From: Wenzhouxiangella sp.
GTDB taxonomy: Bacteria > Pseudomonadota > Gammaproteobacteria > Xanthomonadales > Wenzhouxiangellaceae
DNA length: 46,886 nucleotides
Assembly (NCBI GenBank): GCA_007128175.1
Contig: SKXY01000091.1
Span: 1-46,886, forward strand
Direction: 5' to 3'
The notes beneath the pieces are model-generated. The model saw nothing but the letters and a program-made list of their open reading frames with translations, made no database searches and had not been told where the DNA came from. Position 1 is the first letter of the stretch. Each line of letters begins with the position of its first letter. Shown here in pieces: positions 42,454 through 46,886 of the stretch. A program made the translations under genes and the position numbers.

Positions 42454-42535
42454 CGACGCCACGACAGACCGTGCCGGTTGGGGTACAATCTGCGGCGTTG
42501 ACGGACGATGCGACACGTCGTTTCCGGGACATCAA

Positions 42536-42609
42536 GGCCAGGTGGCAGAGTGGTTATGCAGCGGCCTGCAAAGCCGTTTACCTCGGTTCGATTCCGGGCC
42601 TGGCCTCCA
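42536..42609 (+). tRNA. tRNA-Cys (GCA)
   Basis: GGCCAGG/CCTGGCC acceptor, anticodon loop CTGCAAA, U discriminator + CCA, 74 nt. Confidence 0.97.
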
Positions 42610-42674
42610 TCCTCCCTTCCCGATAGCTTGGCCGACTCCGGCCCTTCGATCATTTATCATGTCGCCTCATACCC

Positions 42675-42761
42675 GCCCGGGTGGCGAAATGGGTAGACGC
42701 AAGGGACTTAAAATCCCTCGGAGGCAACTCCGTGCCGGTTCGAGTCCGGCCCCGGGCACCA
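42675..42761 (+). tRNA. tRNA-Leu (TAA)
   Basis: GCCCGGG/CCCGGGC acceptor, AGGGA-CTTAAAA-TCCCT, long variable arm, 87 nt. Confidence 0.97.
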
Positions 42762-42839
42762 ACTTGGCCTCATGTGAGTAAAGGCACATGACGGTTGGTC
42801 TCGTGGGGTTGGCTCTCGTGCATCTGGATAGGAGGCTGC

Positions 42840-43955
42840 ATGGCGAAAACACTTCTCACCATAATTTCCGTACTTCTTGTATTCCTTTCTACTCAACTGC
42901 AGGCTGAGGCACGTATACAGGTGGTGCATGCCGCTGCAGTGTCAGAAGAAGACTCCCAGACCGCCGCGTCGGTACAAGTGGATGACACCGTCCTGGTTTC
43001 CGAGATTCGATTCGGCGGTCAGGCTGGATATTCTTCCGTGCCGGCCGGAGAGCGCACGATCACGGTCTCAAGTGCAATCGACGGTGCGCTGCTGGCCGAG
43101 TCCGTATCCAGTCTGGAGGCCGATGTCGATTACACCCTCGTGGTTGCAGGCGATGGGGAGCAACGCGAAATCGAGCTCTTGCTGCTGGAAGACGCGGTCT
43201 CGAGCCCGGGCTCCGGCCGCCTCATTCTGCGCGTAATTCATGCCGGGAGTTGGGAAGTCACGCCATCGGATGAACTCATCACCTTGCGCACAGCGGCAGG
43301 TGAACCTTTCGGTGAACTGGAGACGCTGGCTTATCTCGACGACACCGGTTTCCAGTCGGTTCCGGCCGGCGACCACGACTTGAAGTTCACCTCCTTTGAT
43401 GGAATGACGAATGTGGTTGATTTCGAGCCGGTCGAATGGCTGGCCGGTGTCCGGCGTACCCTGGTGGTGATGGGAGACGGAGTGCGTCAGCCAAAAAGCG
43501 TGGTGTCCATCCCGGGAGGTCGGCTCGAGATGCGGGTCCCGGTCGACAACAGCGTCACGGGCTGGTGGGAGTCCGCCCTGGGTGGTAACGAGGGGTTCAT
43601 CATGCAGCCCATCCCCGCCCAGAACCGTCTTGTCGGCACGATCTACACCTGGGATACGGAAGGGCTCGGTGAACCGCTGTGGTTCACTTTCGACACATGC
43701 TCTACGCCGGTTGGTGATGCAGACTGCGTCACTCCCGGCGCGTTTGCCGGCACACAGGCAAATGCAGCGGTCTATCGCTTCGCTGGTGGGGTGATCGGCG
43801 ATACGCTTCCGGCCGACGGCTTCATTGCCGGTACGGTCAGTATCGAGTTCCTGGATTGCAACAATGCCGAGGCCACGGTTCAGCTGGATAACTTCGGAGA
43901 AGTGACGTGGAATCTGTCCCGGCTCACTGCCACCATGCCCTGCAACATCGATTGA
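42840..43955 (+). CDS. Secreted DUF4397-like protein, paralog 1
   Basis: AGGAGG RBS, signal peptide, ARIQVVHAA / LRVIHAG repeats, Cys-containing C-terminal GWW..NEGF domain. Confidence 0.8.
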   Translation: MAKTLLTIISVLLVFLSTQLQAEARIQVVHAAAVSEEDSQTAASVQVDDTVLVSEIRFGGQAGYSSVPAGERTITVSSAIDGALLAESVSSLEADVDYTLVVAGDGEQREIELLLLEDAVSSPGSGRLILRVIHAGSWEVTPSDELITLRTAAGEPFGELETLAYLDDTGFQSVPAGDHDLKFTSFDGMTNVVDFEPVEWLAGVRRTLVVMGDGVRQPKSVVSIPGGRLEMRVPVDNSVTGWWESALGGNEGFIMQPIPAQNRLVGTIYTWDTEGLGEPLWFTFDTCSTPVGDADCVTPGAFAGTQANAAVYRFAGGVIGDTLPADGFIAGTVSIEFLDCNNAEATVQLDNFGEVTWNLSRLTATMPCNID

Positions 43956-44156
43956 CATCGTCACCCGTCCAGAAACTGGGCGGGTCAGACCCAGCAGGAA
44001 CTTCTGTGCATCGTCGTGACCGGGTCGCTCGCGGCCCGGTGATTGCCGAACCGGATCTCAATCGGCATATTCACACCTTGCTCATCTGGTGTTCATGCGA
44101 CACCGACAATGGCGCGAATACGCTCGAAGCTCATTCGTTGAGCACGGGAGTTCGAA

Positions 44157-45272
44157 ATGTCTGCAAAACTTCGTGGCCTGCTGGCCATTGGTCTTATTTC
44201 TGCGTCTTTACTCGCTTTTGCCGAAGCACGCGTCCAGATCGTTCATGCCGCACCGTTTACCGATTCGATCGAAGGGTCTTCGGTAACCGTCACGGCTAAC
44301 GGTGACGCTGTGCTCGAAGACTTTCTCTTCGGTGACTTCACCGAGTACCTGACTCTGCCGTCGGGTGACTATGATCTTGCCGTCATTCCTACCGGTGCGT
44401 CGGAGCCTGCCATCGAGGCCAGCGTAACGCTGGAGTCAGGTGTTGACTACACCGTCCTGGCCACAGGTGACGGTGTCAACCAGGATCTGGCATTGTGGCC
44501 GCTGGTCGACGATGCTACCGACCCGGGTGAGGGCAACCTCAACATCCGTGTCGTTCATGCCGCTCCGTTCGCTGCCGAACTTGCTGACACCGAAGTGTCG
44601 ATTAGGACTGCCGGTGGTGACGTGGTCAACGACCTGGTTGGTGTGCCTTATTTCGCCGAAAGCGGTTTCTTTCCCGTTCCGGCCGGTGAGTATGACCTTA
44701 AGGTGGCATCGAACGATGGTCAGACCAATTTCATCGATCCCTTGCCGGCAAACCTGCCTGCAGGCATTAATCTGACCGTGATCGCCATCGGCGATGGTGT
44801 CAACCAGCCGCTGGGCATTCTGGCGCTGCCGGTCGGACAGCTGGAGACGCGTGCCCCCGTCGACAACAGCATCAACGGTTGGTGGGCTTCCGGTCTGGGC
44901 GGCAACGAAGGTTTCATCTTCCAGCCCATTCCGGCGCAGAATCGCCTGGTTGGAACGGCTTACACCTGGGACCTGAATGGCTCCGGTGATCCGCTGTGGC
45001 TGACGTTTGATTCCTGCTCGAGTGACGTGGGCGCTGAAGCCTGCGAAACGCCAGGTGCGTTCGACGGCAGAGAGGCGGTTGCCGCACTGTATGCCTACAG
45101 CGGCGGAACCGTTGCAGGAAGTGAACCAGCCGACGGCGACACCATCGGCCTGGTGTCGTTTGAATTCATCGATTGCAATACCGCCATTGCCGTGGTCGAG
45201 CTCGATGATGGAACCTCGGTGAGCTGGGATCTGGAACGTGTAACACAGACCGTTCCGTGCACGCTCGACTGA
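44157..45272 (+). CDS. Secreted DUF4397-like protein, paralog 2
   Basis: Signal peptide, ARVQIVHAAPF and IRVVHAAPF repeats; collinear with paralog 1 (NEGFI.QPIPAQNRLVGT.YTWD). Confidence 0.85.
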   Translation: MSAKLRGLLAIGLISASLLAFAEARVQIVHAAPFTDSIEGSSVTVTANGDAVLEDFLFGDFTEYLTLPSGDYDLAVIPTGASEPAIEASVTLESGVDYTVLATGDGVNQDLALWPLVDDATDPGEGNLNIRVVHAAPFAAELADTEVSIRTAGGDVVNDLVGVPYFAESGFFPVPAGEYDLKVASNDGQTNFIDPLPANLPAGINLTVIAIGDGVNQPLGILALPVGQLETRAPVDNSINGWWASGLGGNEGFIFQPIPAQNRLVGTAYTWDLNGSGDPLWLTFDSCSSDVGAEACETPGAFDGREAVAALYAYSGGTVAGSEPADGDTIGLVSFEFIDCNTAIAVVELDDGTSVSWDLERVTQTVPCTLD

Positions 45273-45298
45273 TCAGCCACCGCTGATCAATAAGAGTT

Positions 45299-45333
45299 CC
45301 CGGGCCACTCATGTGGCCCGGGTTTGTTTTGTT
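45299..45333 (+). terminator. Rho-independent terminator after paralog 2
   Basis: CCCGGGCCAC-tcat-GTGGCCCGGG followed by TTTGTTTTGTTT. Confidence 0.8.
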
Positions 45334-45629
45334 TACTTGAAGTGTGAACGGAAGTAGTTCACTGAATTCTTGAACGCCTTCCAAGCGTGCTCGGCTTCCA
45401 GTTTGAGCCTTTCAAGCTGTGCCTCACTGGCCGCGCGAACTTCCTTGAGTTTCTTTTCCAGCTCATCGCGCCGCTGCTTCATTTCCTCGCGCTGCTCGTT
45501 GAGCTTCTTGCGCGAATCAGCCCGGACCTCGTCAGCACGCTTCTCGAGCTGATCGATCTCCTTGTTGAGTTCGTCAAGGCGTTGCTTGATGCGTTCGATG
45601 AACTGTTCCCGTGTGCTTTTCTCGGTCAT
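45333..45629 (-). CDS. Small coiled-coil protein (Sll1863-like stress protein)
   Basis: GGAGG RBS, ATG 45629; TREQFIERIKQRLDELNKEID..LE; ends AWKAFKNSVNYFRSHFK. Confidence 0.75.
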   Translation of the reverse strand: MTEKSTREQFIERIKQRLDELNKEIDQLEKRADEVRADSRKKLNEQREEMKQRRDELEKKLKEVRAASEAQLERLKLEAEHAWKAFKNSVNYFRSHFK

Positions 45630-45694
45630 TGCCTGCCTCCGTCTATCTGGATCATGGATTGTTGCATATTGCCGGAGGATCAGCTTGATCGACG

Positions 45695-46813
45695 TCAAGC
45701 ATCGGGCTGTTCGTAGACGGAACTAAGCTTGTAGTTGCGGTAGAAGAAACGTACCAGAACGGTGCCGGCAGCTGCCACCGGAAGGGCAAGCAGAATGCCA
45801 ATGAATCCAAACAGGTGGGCGCCGGCCATGACGGCGAAGATCACCAGCACCGGGTGCAGTCCGATTCGGTCGCCGACCAGGTTGGGTGTGAGTACGAAAC
45901 TTTCGATGAGCTGGCCGACGGTGAACACGATGGCCACCGACAGCAGGAACCAGAAGTCGAAGTTCTGGATGACGGCGGTGATGCCGGCCAGCAGGACACC
46001 GATGATGGCGCCCAGGTACGGGACGAAGCTGACCAGCCCGGCGATCATGCCGATGGCGATGGCGTTGTTCAGTCCGACGATCACCAGGCCGATGGAGTAG
46101 ATTGCGCCGAGGCTGAACATGACCAGCAGCTGGCCACGCAGGAACCCGCCCAGTGCTTCGTCACAATCCCGCGTCAGCCGCACCACGACCGGCTCGATAT
46201 TGCGCGGCAGCATGTCCCTGACGGAATCGAGCAGGCGGTGCCAGTCGCGCATCAGGTAGAAGGTAACCAGCGGCACCAGCACCATGCCGGTGATCCAGAT
46301 GACAAAGCGTCCGCCTGATTCGGTGATGTAGGTAAGCAGGGTGCCGGCGGCACCCGCGATGTTCTGGAAATGCTCCTGGATCAGTTCACGGGCCCGGGCC
46401 GCATCGAAGGTGGCTATGCCCAGCTCGATATCGAGTTTTTCCTCGATCCAGGGCAGGGCGGTTTCCTGCAGGGTCTGGAAATAGCCTGGCAGTCGTTCGA
46501 ACAGGTCAACCGTCTCGCGCACCAGCAGGGGGATGATGATCAGCATTGCGATCACCAGGATCGAAATCACGACCAGAAACACCAGCGACACGGCCACGTC
46601 GCGCCGTATTTTCCAGCGCTCCAGGCGATTGACGATCGGGTCGGCCATGTAGGCGAACAGGGCGCTGAGCAAGAAAGGGGTCAGTACCGGTGCCAGCAAC
46701 CAGACCAGCCAGCCTGTGACCAGCAGTGCGGCGGCGATCCAGAGCAGCTGCGTGCGCGAGATCTCGGGAATCTGCAGGGGTTCTTCGACATTTCGGGGCA
46801 TGTTGTCGGTCAT
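45695..46813 (-). CDS. AI-2E family (PerM-like) transporter
   Basis: LTPFLLSALFAY..DPIV, FYLMRD, GFLRGQL, FVPYLG, VGDRIGLHPV, FGFIGILLALP; start probably ATG 46813. Confidence 0.92.
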   Translation of the reverse strand: MTDNMPRNVEEPLQIPEISRTQLLWIAAALLVTGWLVWLLAPVLTPFLLSALFAYMADPIVNRLERWKIRRDVAVSLVFLVVISILVIAMLIIIPLLVRETVDLFERLPGYFQTLQETALPWIEEKLDIELGIATFDAARARELIQEHFQNIAGAAGTLLTYITESGGRFVIWITGMVLVPLVTFYLMRDWHRLLDSVRDMLPRNIEPVVVRLTRDCDEALGGFLRGQLLVMFSLGAIYSIGLVIVGLNNAIAIGMIAGLVSFVPYLGAIIGVLLAGITAVIQNFDFWFLLSVAIVFTVGQLIESFVLTPNLVGDRIGLHPVLVIFAVMAGAHLFGFIGILLALPVAAAGTVLVRFFYRNYKLSSVYEQPDA

Positions 46814-46886
46814 GGTTGCTCGGGACGAAAACGACCGCTGAATAGTCTCAGGATGAGGAGGGAACTGCAAGGTCAGGAAGTATCGG

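Noticed and set aside
42124-42852. Short ORFs spanning the tRNA genes (also 20791-21139)
   Set aside because: They are translations of tRNA sequence, not proteins.
42762-46886. Genomic island integrated at tRNA-Leu, Gly or Cys
   Set aside because: No integrase and no duplicated tRNA 3' end (att site) seen in the window.

Overview
High-GC gammaproteobacterial core chromosome. The acidic proteins and gene content suggest a marine/halophilic Wenzhouxiangella- or Xanthomonadales-like lineage (inference). Gene order: rpsF'-rpsR-rplI-dnaB-alr-miaB-phoH(ybeZ)-ybeY-corC; alpha/beta hydrolase; DUF4105/Lnb-type membrane protein; small Sm-like protein; cydABDC; hemA-prfA-yjbQ; TPR lipoprotein-lolB-tRNA-Gln-prs; YfcC; acyl-CoA dehydrogenase; stand-alone cNMP-binding protein; Met gamma-lyase/Lrp; secreted metzincin; acnA; mnmA-hflD; LysR/aceB-aceA; clpS-clpA; infA; tRNA-Gly/Cys/Leu; two tandem DUF4397-like paralogs; coiled-coil protein; AI-2E transporter. 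No integrase, transposase or CRISPR was seen. Main points of interest: (1) lnt is absent from its usual slot after corC, and an intact Lnb-type (Bacteroides-style) lipoprotein N-acyltransferase lies about 0.9 kb away, suggesting non-orthologous replacement; (2) ispE is cleanly missing between lolB and tRNA-Gln; (3) several intergenic tracts of imperfect 7-8-nt repeats, the best being a structured direct-plus-inverted element after prs; (4) clear FNR-, Lrp- and LysR-type operator candidates. All family assignments come from recognising motifs by eye, not from database searches.
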